Shown here: one piece after another, positions 25,402-38,898 of the stretch | Numbering within the stretch: the first letter of the stretch is position 1 | How the letters are laid out: every line of letters begins with the position of its first letter | Source of the DNA: Octopus vulgaris | Taxonomy: Eukaryota | Direction: 5' to 3' | Length of the DNA: 64,000 bases | NCBI GenBank assembly: GCA_951406725.2 | Contig: OX597827.1 | Span: 47,306,001-47,370,000 of the forward strand | Notes under the pieces: model-generated | The model's database searches: none | Told to the model about the DNA's origin: nothing | Seen by the model: only the letters and a program-made list of their open reading frames with translations | Made by a program: the position numbers and the translations under genes

Positions 25402-25625
25402 AGGTGCCGAGCTGGCAGAATAGATAGCGCGACGGTCAAAATTCTCAGCGATAATTATTCTAGTTCGTTACTTTATGAGTTCGAATACCATCAAAATCAG
25501 CATTGCCTTCATTGTTTTGGGGTCGATAAAATGAGTACAGTCAAGTCAAGTCATGTCGGTTGATGCGATCGACTTGTTCCCTCCCAACAAATTGATGGTC
25601 TTGTAACAAAATTAGAGCAAATTTG
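25402..25625 (+). mobile_element. SINE family C copy, diverged
   Basis: ggtgccgagctggcagaat...gagttcgaatacc...ttgccttcattgttttggggtcgataaaatgagtac. Confidence 0.7.
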
Positions 25626-26779
25626 TAATACTAGCATAAGAACTTAAATTCAGAGGATAATGTGGTTTAGTTGACTAATTTTATCTTCACTGATATTTAA
25701 CCGACTTCAGAAGGATTTGTAGAAAATTGGACTCTGATGGGATTTGAATATATGCGTTAAAACTTAATTTCTTTGATGATCATATTCCGCAGACAGAAAC
25801 CGAGAAACAGGTAAGCTCCGAAACTTCTTTGTTAATGCCTACCAGAAAATCACAAACGACCGTATTTCACTCACAGACTTTGGCAAACCGATCAAAAAGA
25901 AAAAAAAGGGAAAATGACCGTCATGTCTGAATTATTAACGGTGATACTATTGAAGGAAGAATGTTGAGGGACAGGTAGAAATGATACTACTATGAGCTAA
26001 ATTTTTCAGATCTTTACCTTTAAAATTTCTACATCACATTAGATTGTGCTTTAGGTCTTCCTGCGCTGTACAGCTCTTTAGGCGGCAAGCTTGCTCCACT
26101 GCGTTTCGTCGGCTGCTATTCTTGGACATCCATTTACGTCTTCATATTTCCATTGCCAATGATTTTGGCCTGACCCTTTTTACCCCTGCCAAGTGGTAAC
26201 CGAGTCATTACTGTTTTCCATTGCGTTGATTCCATACCTATATTCTAATAATTTAATATTGAGACACGTGGCTACAAGTTTTGCGCAGATTAATAATTTT
26301 CATCAACTTGAATGGCGCGCAATATTGTCAATCCCGTCAGAACGGTAGAGAAGTACGACCTGCGAGGTATTTGAACACAAAACACAATAAGCCTAATGCA
26401 CTCCCGCAAGTTACATTTTTGGCGCTCTAATGGACTGCCTGCTCTCCAAATCAGTTTCAGACATAAACAGAAAGCAGCAATATGAGGGAAGGAGTTAGAC
26501 GATTCCACTGATCCTGGTATTTCAATCTTGGCGGGAAATCAACTTAGAACGCAAACAATCGGAAGAAATGTCAGAAAGTCATTTTTCCAGCATTCTAAAT
26601 TCCCAGCTCATACTTCAAAAAACATTTTTTTGTCACCACTTATATATCACTTTCTACATGAATAATGGAATTGTAGATACAATATCCTTATGTATCTCAC
26701 TTCTATATTCATTCCCTTACTTCACTTTGTATTTCGTATCTTCTTTACAATAATTAATACTCAAACATTTTCTCGCACC

Positions 26780-26828
26780 GTATCTGATGAAGGGATATAT
26801 AAAATATCCCTGGAAACAACTGTAAGAC
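26780..26828 (+). ncRNA. Type I hammerhead ribozyme, canonical core, slightly decayed
   Basis: GTAT-CTGATGA-AGGGATAT(ATAAA)ATATCCCT-G-GAAAC-AACT-GTA-AGAC: 8-bp stem II, one mismatch in stem I, stem III one change from the ACAGCTGT palindrome; host element ~26641-26895 ends in (TA)n. Confidence 0.75.
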
Positions 26829-26890
26829 CTTTTCTTGATAAATGCAATGAAATCAGATTACTGCCTTGGTGTTTTTATCTCATTCTGTCA

Positions 26891-26957
<67 letters not shown>

Positions 26958-27866
26958 GATTTGAGCACAATGCAAGAGGACTGAGGGGAGAGGTTACACA
27001 ATTCCATCGAACACAGTACTTGGTTAGTACTTAATTTTATCGTTGTCTTCTGCAGGCATGAAATGCAAAGTTGACCTCGGTGTTTTCATTATGGCAAATG
27101 ATATTTTTTTTACACTCTATCTAACGAATCTGTCTCCTCACAGCTTTAATATCTGTACAATGAACGCCTAGCATCTATAAAGGTATTGACCTGAGCTTAT
27201 AAAGGACTGAAAGCAATAATTCTACTACTCACATAAAAATTTCTCCTTACGTGTCTGTATAAGAAACCATCAATCGCTCTCAGAGTGTGTTTTAAAATGC
27301 ATTTGACATTGAATATCAACAAGAGTTTTATTGCTTACATGAAGACAGAAAGGCACCGAAGCTTATTGCTCTCGACCAAACTTAGCGACACCGACAACAA
27401 TTGCCAGATGAGAAAGAAGACAAATCGAATGAGAAATTTAAAATCTTTGCTCAAAATGCGTTAGTAGATCACCTAGGCACATATTAGATGAGATATACAT
27501 AATTAAAGACGAAAGGAAAAATGTACGTACAAATATATTCATAGTCGTTCATTTGCATTTAAATATGTGTGTGCGTTGCGTTTATGTGTATGTGTGTGTA
27601 TCGATATATATATGCATGTATGTATATGCATATATATATATAAAATGTATTCTTATTCATATGTATATGTGTGCGTGTTGCAAAAGATTGTTGCCCCCGG
27701 ATACTTATAGAATCTTATCCTGATCGGCTTGCTTTTATTTGCATTTTCAGTAATAGAAATTATAAAAAAAATATCATTATTTCAATGTGCGTGAATTAAA
27801 TACCTATCAGCAAATTGGATAATCAATGTATGAACTACTTACACATAACTAAACTATGTATATGTA

Positions 27867-27945
<79 letters not shown>

Positions 27946-27989
27946 ATATATATATGTATATATCCATATATATATATATGTAAACACAC

Positions 27990-28044
<55 letters not shown>

Positions 28045-28529
28045 TAGGTAGATACATAGAAATATAATTTGATAGATAGACAGATAGATAAATAAATAGA
28101 TAGATAGATAAAGAGATAGATAGATAAAGAGATTGATAGATAAAGAGATTGATAGATAGTCATATAAATATTTATGTTTCTATCGAAAAAGCTATATATT
28201 TATCTTTTATGCGGAATCACCACCACTGCTGTCACTATTTTTGTATGATTGCAAGAATGTCCATACGATTTTCTCTAAAGTTATCGACGTATCAGGGTGG
28301 TTTCCAATAGAACTGATTATCTACTCGGTTAGTGTGTGTAAAGTTTTGCTAAGTACCCTTGAATGGGAAACACTCCACTTAAAGAATTTCCATTGTAAAT
28401 CGTTAACGTGGTATTCACACGAAGCATGAATGATTCCATGTGTTTACTAAAGCATATATATATATATATATATATACATATATATATACAAACGTGTGTG
28501 TGAATTGGTGCTTTCAGTTGTGGCCGCCC

Positions 28530-29022
28530 TAACAGTGTAAAATTAATAACGGAATTTGAGGCAGTTAAGCGGTGTTACCTTAAGAATATTGTATCAAGAG
28601 AACTGCTGAGCAGTTGGGAGAGATTGAATGAGCTATGACTCTACTCATTGGAGCGAAGATGGAATGGTTATGCATTAATATACATAAGGAAGATCCTGGA
28701 GGGTTTGGCAAGAAACTTTGCCATCAAAGGCTACAACGACCCCCTAATTGGATCTTACCGTTCTATTCCAAAGGTCCCAGTCGTTCCGTCTAGATTTAGA
28801 ACCATATACTGCCTTAGCTTAGGCTCCAAGATCCCACGGCTATTTAATACTTTGCCAAAACCTCTGAAGGATCTATGTAGAATGGTGGTAGACGTTTCTG
28901 TGAAACGACTTGAGCTCGTGCTGTCCACGGTCCCAACTGAACCTTTCTTACGTCAAGAAACTCAAAACAGGGCAGCACTATCGAAGTCCCTCCTACACTT
29001 AAAGCCAATCACAAGGGGTTGA
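28530..29022 (+). mobile_element. CR1/L2-group LINE 3' ORF2 relic
   Basis: WERLNEL*LYSLERRWNGYALIYIRKILEGL...SLGSKIPRLFNTLPK.LKDL...KRLELVLSTVPTEP is a typical CR1-group C-terminus. Confidence 0.75.
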
Positions 29023-29814
29023 CCATTGTGAAGGTGATAACAAATACGCTGCCCCAACGCTGATAAAAACACATAGAAAAGAATATAAAAAGATATATAT
29101 ATATATTGATAGACACCCACACAGAGACAAACAATCACACAGTATGACATGTATATGTGTCTGTGTGTCTCTGTGTTAGTGTTTGTGTGTGTGTGTGTAT
29201 GCGTGCGTGTCGGTATCTATGAATGATTTTGTATGTGCATCTGTGTGTGTATGTGAGTGTGCGTGTAAGTGTGTGTGTCTGCGAGCAAATATGTATCCTC
29301 TGTGTGAAAAGTTTGGCTGCATACACGTTAGCATATGTCAGGTGCATACAATTGACAACACAGTTAATTAAGATTTATTCAGTGAGTTCTATTCAACACA
29401 TGTTTACACGTGGAATTTGCAGATTCATTATTAACTTTAAATGGCTCGCAGGCGAGGTGAACAAATTAGTGAGAGAGATAGACTGGCAATAATTCTACGC
29501 TACTAGCAAATTAAAGATGGGGTCGCAAATGAAACAGTGAGTGATCTTTGCAATGTCTTTCAAGTAGATCGCAATATACCAGCGCGAATTTATAAAAATG
29601 CAACTCTTCGTGGAACAATACAGTCAATATATATTTTTTCGGATGCAGCCAGACTTTTCACACAAAGGGCACATACCCAAATGTGAACTACGTTAGAAAA
29701 CTTCGTTTTCAATATTGATGACGTGTTTATGAACAAACACTTTTCCGAAGGTTTAATTTGAAATATCTTTAATATAAACTATATTTTGCAACCATTCTTA
29801 CGACTTTCTGAGAC

Positions 29815-30035
29815 TGCAAACTGGCAGAATTGATAGCACGCTGGAAAGAATGCTTAGTGTTATTTCGTCCTTCTTTATATTCTGAGTTCAAATTTCGGTG
29901 AGATCTCCTTTACTTTTTATCCTTTCAGAAGTCGAAACATTTAGTACCAGTTTGAGCTTTGTGGTCGATGTAATCGACTTATACTCTTCCCGAAACCGCT
30001 GGCTATGCACCAGAATTCAGAATTTAGAAACATTA
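29815..30035 (+). mobile_element. SINE family C copy, diverged
   Basis: ctggcagaattgatagcacgctgg...ttctgagttcaaatttcgg...atcctttcag...ggtcgatgtaatcgactta. Confidence 0.7.
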
Positions 30036-30483
30036 TTACCACTTTCTCAGTGACAATAGCCATATGGTCAACACAAACTCAGAATAACAGAATACATTAT
30101 AGACAGGAAATGAAGTTACTTCAATAATATAACTGGCTTTATTTATATATTATAGGAGAGAAATAGCTTATTTGTTGATAATATAATCGATATTTGAAAA
30201 CAATATTGATAGGAGAATGAGGAAGAGTCTGCCAGTCGGAGAAAGAAAGAAACGATATAAATATTTGTAGAGAAACTCTTAAAATATGGAAATTATGCCG
30301 ATGCAAGGGAGTTTGTATAAAAGTCGGGAATATATAACCGAAGTTAAGGAAGACAGCTTAAATGTGAATGCAAAGTAATCCAAACATTAAATCGCTAAAA
30401 ATATGAAGTCATAAGGAATTGAAACAGAATGATCTACAAACCCTCGGAGTTGTCTAAGGTAGGTTGGACTGTATATATATATA

Positions 30484-30549
<66 letters not shown>

Positions 30550-30550
30550 T

Positions 30551-31204
30551 ATATGTAAACATAGTAAAAAGGTAATAAAATAAATTATTATTACCGGTGA
30601 TCTAGCACAAAAGACATGTTAGCGATTAGGCTATATGTTATTCATATATAAGTACATTAAGAAGCAAGTACTAGATCACAAAAAGTGGATAAATTCAATG
30701 AAATAGAATCAAAAACGTTTACAAACTCGGCTCATCTTATACTGCAGTTTCGTCTTTTTTAAGCCTTTTAATGTACTTATATATGAATAACATATAGCCT
30801 AATCGCTAACATGTCTTTTGTGCTAGATCACCGGTAATAATAATTTATTTTATTACCTTTTTACTATGTTTACATATTTCTCGATAAATTTTGATCGTAG
30901 ACCCTATACCAGAAAGCCCTCTGTTTGTCGGGTATGTTTTGCGTCTGCGCAATGGTCTTAAAAGTTAGAGAATGCAAGTCGCTAGAACCGCACATGTTTC
31001 TAACGAAATGTACTTCTAGGATAACAAAGGCTGCTTACTGAAGAGTCTAGCCTTGGCAGATAAATTATATTTACTGCTAAAAAAAAGACGAAACTGCAGT
31101 ATAAGATGAGCCGAGATTGTAAACGTTTTTGATTTTATTTCATTAAATTTATCCACTTTTTGTGATCTAGTACTTGCTTCTTCTTTTAGAAGCCTTTTAA
31201 TGTA

Positions 31205-31208
<4 letters not shown>
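30551..31208 (+). mobile_element. Non-autonomous PLE/retrozyme-like insertion: inverted 5' copy plus ~429-nt circularly permuted unit
   Basis: 30551-30660 is inverted at ~30768-30877 and 30661-30760 is inverted at 31081-31180; aagccttttaatgtacttat occurs at 30761 and 31190; HHR at 31034-31105; (TA)n on both sides. Confidence 0.85.
31034..31105 (+). ncRNA. Type I hammerhead ribozyme, canonical core, extended stem II
   Basis: CTTA-CTGAAGA-GTCT-(37 nt incl. TTGGCAG/CTGCTAA)-AGAC-GAAAC-TGCA-GTA-TAAG: perfect stems I and II, palindromic stem III ACTGCAGT. Confidence 0.9.
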
Positions 31209-31256
<48 letters not shown>

Positions 31257-31539
31257 TATCCCTTACCTGAACTCTGAGCAGTAGGTATTGCAGCACTGCG
31301 AATGCCTAACACATTCATAGTAAGAAGAATATCAAGAAAAGCAAATATTACAGAGGATTTAATTTAATTACCATAGGATATTGTTATACAATAATCTTGC
31401 CATCGTTTCGTACATTTCTCTTCTCCGCTTTCTTACTCATGATATCTCGCAGACACACACTCACACACACACACATACTCTCTCTCTCTGAACTATTGAG
31501 ATGTTAATAGTTTATTTTAGTTTTATTTCTACCCTTTCT

Positions 31540-31624
31540 GCATACATATATACATATATACATACATACACACACATATATATTTATATATATATATACA
31601 CACGCATATATATATATATATTTT

Positions 31625-31658
<34 letters not shown>

Positions 31659-32480
31659 TATATATATATATGTATATATGTATATGTATCTATATATATA
31701 TGTGCATTATATGCATGTGCATTGTGTATATGTATATTATATGTATGTGTGTTGTATATGTATGTGTACATTATGTGTATATGTATGTGTATATATGCAT
31801 TGTATATATGTATATTGTATGTGTGTTATATATGCATGAATACATGTATATACATTGCATGTATATATATATGTATGCATTATGTATGTGTATGTTATGT
31901 ATATATATGTTATATGTATGCGTATGTGTATATGTATACATTTTATGTATGTATATTGTGTGTATATGTGGTATATTTATGTATGTGTATGTAAACACTA
32001 TATATATGTATATATGTATATATGTATATGCATTGTCTATATATATATATTATATGTATGTATTGTGTATGTATGTTATATGTATATATTGTGTATGTGT
32101 ATTATATATATGCTGTGTATGTGTACTGTATGTATATATGTGTTAGGTGTATTTGTGTTGTATTTATATTATGTATGTATGTCTGCGTGTGTTGTGTGTG
32201 TGTGTGTTGTGTGTGTGTTGTGTGTGTGTTATATGTGTGTATATTATATATAAATACATGTTATATTTGTGTGTTGTGTGTGTGTATTATATGTGTGTGC
32301 GTTGTGTGTGTGTGTGTTCTGTGTGTGTGTGTGATGTGTGTGTGTGTGTGTTGTGTGTGTGTATATTATGTGTGTGTGTGTGTTGTGTGTGTGTGGGTGA
32401 GATATGTGTGTGTGTGTGGTGTGTGTGTGTGTGATGTGTGTGTGTGTGTGTGTATGTGTGTATATGTAGTGTGTGTGTAT
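31540..32480. repeat. Long degenerate TA-to-TG low-complexity tract
   Basis: ~900 nt of imperfect (TA)/(TATG)/(TG) repeats; source of many spurious C/V/Y/M-rich ORFs. Confidence 0.9.
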
Positions 32481-33082
32481 GGCCCGCACACACGCGTAGG
32501 CGCCCACGCGCACGCACGCGCGCGCGCACGGACGGGCACGCATATATACACATACCATCCTAGCCCAAAAAATTCTTCAAACAACACACATCTATTTTCA
32601 CCACCCTGAAACCATTCAAAAACAGCCCCCACACACACGCAGACGCTTGTATACGTGTGTGTGCACGCACACTCACCTCCATACAGTCTCACCTCCATAC
32701 AGCCACATATATACACACGCAGCACCATGTCAAATGCCATCCACACTCATGCATGCGTACACACGCACGCACACGCACACACACACACGCACACACACGC
32801 ACACACAACACCATGACAACCACACACACTTGACAAACAGACGCCATCTGACCAAATACTACAGACACATCTATTCATACCACATGTATGTGTATGCACG
32901 CACACATACACGCAGGGACACACATATTCACCTCATCCTAACCCCAAAATCATTGATGCTTGAAGGAAAGCCAAAAAAAAGAAATAAACGGGTACATCTT
33001 TTTCAATTCTACATTTCTGCTAAAACGGACAGGTCAGTAAACAACCTCGCCTTGAATTCATAATATTCTGTACTGACCCTCA

Positions 33083-33617
33083 GATGTATAATATATTTGT
33101 TTTAATCTTTTCTGCCCATTTTTTCAAATATTCTCATCATACTGTTGTACTTTATTATGTCCTTAACATGTCCCTGTTACCAAAGACTGTATATATACAT
33201 GTAATGTGGCAATTTGCAACAACCAATAATTAACGCAACCAAACTTCCAATAATATATTTGTTTTATTCTTTTCTGCCCATTTTTTCAAATATTCTCATC
33301 ATACTGTTGTACTTTTTTATGTCCTTAACATTTCCCTGTTACCAAAGACTGTATATATACATGTAATGTGGCAATTATGTAAAATTTTTTTGAATTCATA
33401 ATATTTTGTACTGAACTTTTTTTGATATTTCCTCCTGGAAATTACTCTGAGATGTATAATATATTTGTTTTAATCTTTTCTGCCCGTTTTTAAAAATATT
33501 CTCATCATACTGTTGTACTTTTTTATGTCCTTAACATGTCCCTGTTACCAAAGACTGTATATATACATGTAATATGGCAATTTGCAACAACCAATAATTA
33601 ACGCAACCAAACTTCCA
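33083..33617 (+). repeat. Three direct copies of a ~125-165 bp unit
   Basis: taatatatttgtttta(a/t)tcttttctgccc...ccctgttaccaaagactgtatatatacatgtaat recurs at ~33090, ~33250 and ~33457. Confidence 0.9.
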
Positions 33618-33621
33618 TGTG

Positions 33622-33666
33622 TTACTTTTGACAATCTTTTTCCAAAGAGTGAAACCAGTTAAGTAA
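33622..33666 (+). ncRNA. Probable hammerhead ribozyme, U3-A8 core, decayed
   Basis: TTACTT-TTGACAA-TCTTT(TTCC)AAAGA-GT-GAAAC-CA-GTT-AAGTAA: perfect 6-bp stem I and 5-bp stem II but a 2-nt bulge before GAAA; 40 nt before (TA)n. Confidence 0.55.
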
Positions 33667-33704
33667 ATAAACATCTTTTAAATTGCATTTTCAAACCTTC
33701 TTTC

Positions 33705-33752
<48 letters not shown>

Positions 33753-33803
33753 GCACATATATATATATATGTATATATGTATATGTATCTATCTATCTAT
33801 CTA

Positions 33804-33839
<36 letters not shown>

Positions 33840-34030
33840 ATTAAAAACAACGAAGAAAAAGACAAAACGTGATGACGTAGCACATGTAAAGTATTAATAA
33901 GACGCTCAGAGAAGAAAAAGAGTGGTTGTTTTAAGTTTCGAGCATAACTCTTCTTCGGAAACAGGAAACCTAGAAAAAACCAAAATAAAAGGAAGGAGGA
34001 AAATAATGGCCAAGATTCCACGCTATATCT
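33840..34030 (-). mobile_element. Family H short element, hammerhead-like motif at 33928-33962
   Basis: Minus strand GTTT-CCGAAGA-A-GAGT(TAT)GCTC-GAAAC-TTA-AAAC; shares gtattaatangacgctcag and the GA-rich flank with the 10915 and 37295 copies. Confidence 0.65.
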
Positions 34031-35046
34031 ATAAATGCATGCACACACATACGTGCGCTTACACACACACACACACACGCAATCTCTCCCTCTCTCTCTC
34101 CTTTTTCTCTTTCACACAAATAATTGAAAAACCAGAAGAGTGTAGAGATTTATTCGAATCCAAATCTTTTTTACTAAAAAGTTTTCTTCAGATTATATGA
34201 CTGATATAACAGTGACAGACATATGTTTATACTACAGCAACTGCATATTGTCTTGTATGCACACTCAGGCCTATGTTTGTATACATTTATGGACATTTCA
34301 GCTCATAAATTGTAATAGAAATGCATACACAGAGCCAGTATAATTCCCGTCAAGCAGTTAGAGATATAAAATTAAACCGTTTACAGTATCATATATAACT
34401 TTTTAATATCTATGATTTGGGCAACATCAGTGCTATAATCATATCATAGAAAAATTGTTCAAGTTACAAATAATAGATATGGTGAAATATATTATAATTT
34501 CTGCCTTTATAACAATTCAAGGAAAGTGGTAGGATGTGTCTGTGTGTGCACGCGCGTCTGTGTTTGATTATGAAAGACAAGAAGAACGAGAAAGGCAGAC
34601 AGAAAGAGAGAGACGATTCAGAAGAAGAACAGAAAAACTCAACACAGTTTACAAAATAATATCATTAAATTGTGACGAGGAAGAACATAACGTCCCAAAT
34701 GAACGGCTCTTCTTTAGCAACGCTTGTCAGAGAAATAAGAGGGGACAAATATCTGTTCTTTTTTTATTTATGCCAGATACAACCTTTATGAATGTAAGAT
34801 GTTCAGCTTCGGTAGACTTTTTGAATGGAACCCTATTAAGATATGTTCATATCACGAAAGGTTACAGTAAAAAAAAATAATTATGAAACAGGAGCGGAAC
34901 TACACAAAGTAGACTACTGTACTGAATTTCAAGCATTGTCTTGCTATTGGTCTATTTCTCATTGTCTGTGATATGAGTTATGGGAACTATTTTGAAAAGC
35001 TGAAGGCAATATATTAGGCTTTCTATATAGTACAGAATAATCTGAT

Positions 35047-35139
<93 letters not shown>

Positions 35140-35444
35140 TTATGTATTTACATTCACATACACACACATACATATGTATATAGGGAGGATTCACAAAAAC
35201 AAACAAAAGACGAAGACAGGTGGTGATGCATAAATTATAATGGTTATTGACAATGTTTATTTTCGGCATGTTTGGCATTAGAATTTTTCTTTTGCCCTTA
35301 TTTTATAAGTTATTTAAAAATTTAACCTTTAAAGGTATATTTTTAATATGCTGGCCATTGATAAATTTTTTTTTCAAAAAATTTTTTTATCCTACATTAG
35401 ATATATATAGTTATATATAAGTATGTATATATATAACATATGTA

Positions 35445-35490
<46 letters not shown>

Positions 35491-35536
35491 GTGTGTGTGT
35501 GTGTGTGTATGAACGCACTAAAATATATGCTTAACA

Positions 35537-35858
35537 GGAGCACTCCGTCGGTTACGACGACTAGGTTCACAGCTGATACAATCAACGGAACAGTCTGCTC
35601 GCGAAATCAACGTGCAAGTGACTGAGCAATCCACAGGGACGTGTACCCATAACGTAATTCTCAGGGAGATTCAGCTTGACACAGTGTGACAAGGATTGAT
35701 CCCCTTGAAATACAGGTACAATTCATTTTTGCCAGGTGAGTGGACTGGAGCAACGTGAAATATAGTGTGACGCGCAAGGGCACAACGCGTCGCCGGGAAT
35801 TGAGCTCACGATCTTACAATCGTGAGCCGAATGCCCTAATCTCTAAGCCACGCGCCGT
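35537..35858 (-). mobile_element. tRNA-derived CORE-like SINE with tail type 2
   Basis: Minus strand ggcgcgtggcttagagattagggc head, central tttcacgttgctccagtccactcacctggcaaaaatga, then the same tail as 17404-17590. Confidence 0.8.
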
Positions 35859-36355
35859 CACATGTCTTCACCACAAAACTTAATATGTCTTCACAAAACA
35901 GCTGCATTTTGATAAATTCTGGTACATCGCACTCTAATACTGCAGAAAATATTTCATTCTTACATTTCTGTTATGAATAAATTATGCATAAAGACTGTTT
36001 CGCTGATAAGAAAAAGAATCAGTGTTAAGCGAAACTTGGTATAAATGAAGGATTTATCTTGCAACACGTTTGCACATCCTCAAGTAAGACTTCGTGTAAT
36101 TTGAGATTGACTGCGTCGGATTATTTTCAGCAACACAACGCAAAATGGAAAAACAAATAATGTCTTTTATAAGGAACATTTTTGCTTCCTTTGTATTGAG
36201 TTTCTTTAGCGATATAAGTAATCTTCTTAGAATCGGAAATGGGATTATCATAACTTAATGACAGTAAAAGAGATATGGAGTTCTGAATAATCTTTATACA
36301 TGTGCATGCAAATATACAGAAACGCAAAAGCGCGTTTTATATATATATATGCATG

Positions 36356-36441
<86 letters not shown>

Positions 36442-36443
<2 letters not shown>

Positions 36444-36882
36444 ACAGGCGTGGATATGTGGTAAGAAGCTTGCCTCCCAACCGCATGGTTCCGGGTTCAG
36501 TCCTACTGCATGGCAGCCTGGGCAAGTGTTTTCTACAATAGCCTCGCGCCGACCAAAGCCTTGTGAGTGTAAACGGAAACTAAGAGAGGCCCGTTATATA
36601 TATATATATACATATATATGTGTGTGTTTTTGTGTTTATGTGTGTGTGTATGTGTGTATGTGTGTATGTGTGTGTGTGTATGTATACATATATTTGTGTG
36701 TGTATCTGAGTTTGTGCCTCCACCATCGCTTGACAACCGATACTGGTGTGTTTACGTCCCTCTAACTTAGTGGTTCGGCAAAACAGACCGATAGAATAAT
36801 GTTGGGAACGAGTTCTTCGACTAACGGTGGTGTTCCAAACATGGCCGCAGTCAAATGTCTAAAATATGTAAAAGAATAAAAG
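36442..36882 (+). mobile_element. SINE family B copy
   Basis: gtggatatgtggtaagaagcttgc...ggttccgggttcagtcc...catggccgcagtcaaatg. Confidence 0.85.
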
Positions 36883-37294
36883 GGTATATATATATATATG
36901 CGTGTGTGTGTGTGTGTGTGTGTGTGTATTCCAAGTAACAAATTAACACATGACTTCTGACGTATGAGACTAACGGTTACAGTAACTTTGACGAGAAAGC
37001 GTATCGGAATTCAAATAGTTTATAAAATAACTTCATACGCACCAAATCTATGCAGTTGTTGAAAATATAACTTTGAAGCCCTGGGGATTTTGAATATTAA
37101 ATTAGGAAATTTATTGCTCCAAATTCACTGCAAAATAATTCAGTAAATAAATATGAAATATCTGAAACAAAGAAAAATAAAACTCGAACAGAGCCGTGCA
37201 TTTAACAAAACCAAATGTATAGACGAAAAATTGTTCCCCCAAATACATACGTAGGAAGTATACATGCATACATACACACATACATATATATATA

Positions 37295-37505
37295 TATAAA
37301 GTTAATCCAAACAACAAAGCACAAAACAAACACAACAACGCGAGGAGGTGGAACAAATATAGTATTATTGGACGCTCAGGAAAGAAGGAAAGAAGGAGGG
37401 TTTAACGTTTTGAGCGGAGCTCTTCGTCGGAAACATAGGAGAAGGAAAGATCCAGAGAAGAGAAGACAGAGGAAAAAAATCGCCAACGGTGCACACGAGG
37501 TCACA
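37295..37505 (-). mobile_element. Family H short element, mutated hammerhead at 37400-37434
   Basis: Minus strand GTTT-CCGACGA-A-GAGC(TCC)GCTC-AAAAC-GTT-AAAC (G12 lost); (TA)n on both sides. Confidence 0.65.
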
Positions 37506-37524
37506 TTATATATAATATAATATA

Positions 37525-37640
<116 letters not shown>

Positions 37641-38167
37641 TGCGTCCGAGTGTTTGTGTGAGTGTACGAACGTATGTATGTATGTATGTATGTATGTACG
37701 TACGTATATATGTATGTATGTCTATGTTCATTTAGATATGTGTGTGTGTGTGTGAGTTTATCCGTATCACTTTTTCTCTTTTAGATTCGCAACTATTTCC
37801 TGATCCAGACCGTTTTAGCACTACTACACATTTCACTTCGTATTTCTCTCCCACTTTTTACGATGGCAAGATAAGTCACTAAAATACCGTAAGTGGGTAA
37901 ACATATTATTTTCCTCTCTAGTCGCAAGTCGAGAACTCAGAATGTAACAGCAGACGAAATACCACTAAGCATTTTGGCCGGCGTGTTAACATTTCTGAGG
38001 CAGGTAAAAATATTTCAGAATTAGATTCGGATGCATCCTTTTTAATATAGGCTAAATCATATTGAAGATAACATCCAAGGAATCCAGAGAAAAAAGGTTC
38101 AGAAACAAATAGAAGGAGGCAACGGGTTCTATCGCATTCTCAATTTTTACATGAACATAAATAAATG

Positions 38168-38403
38168 TTCCTTCTCGAGCCATGCCAGGCTCATACGGGC
38201 CGGTTTCCCAGTTTCAGTGGCGTAGAAATTCCCCATCTGGACGGGACGCCGGTCCGGCGCAGGATTACTCGTTTTTGATAGCTGAGTGGACTGGAGCAAC
38301 ATGAAATGAAAGTCGACCTTCGTGGAATTTGAACTCAGAACATAAAGACGTATGAAATGCCGCTAGACATTTTGCCTGGTGTGCTAACAATTCCGCAGTT
38401 CGC
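38168..38403 (-). mobile_element. Chimeric SINE: family C head joined to a CORE-like body and tail type 3
   Basis: 38310-38403 is a family C 5' half; 38168-38310 carries atttcatgttgctccagtccactcagct and ggaccggcgtcccgtccag on the minus strand. Confidence 0.65.
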
Positions 38404-38689
38404 TGTCTTGATACACGTGAACATATATATTTTATTAAAAATATCATAATACCCAATGCAAGATACCTGGATTATTAGAACGTCGGAGAAAATGTTTTGG
38501 AGAATTTCTTCAGGCGCTTTATATCCCGTGTTCAAATCCCTGCAAAGTCAACTTGGCGTTTCGCTCCCTTGCGATCGATAATATAAAAGATCAGTCTAGT
38601 ACTGGTTTCAAAGATATCTACTAAATATCTTTCATCACAACTGCTGGATTGTTTTTATATTGTAAGCAAAAATTATAACAGGAGGTAGG

Positions 38690-38898
38690 CACCGTGCAGG
38701 CAGAATCGTTAGCATGGTATGCGAAATGCTTAGTGGCATTTCGTCCGTCTTTACGTTCTGAGTTCAGATTCTGCCCGGGTCGACTCTGCCTTTCATCCTT
38801 TCAAGTTCGATAAAATAACTACCAGTTGAGCGTAGGGGGACGGTGTAATCGACTTACCACCTACTCCTAAATTACTGCCCTTGTACCAAATTTTGAAA
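38690..38898 (+). mobile_element. SINE family C copy
   Basis: ggcagaatcgttagcatgg...ttctgagttcagattctgcccgggtcgactctgcctttcatcctttc. Confidence 0.85.

Noticed and set aside
33083-33617. Repeat-spacer-like periodicity suggesting CRISPR
   Set aside because: Units are over 120 bp tandem copies without unique spacers, in eukaryotic DNA with no cas genes.
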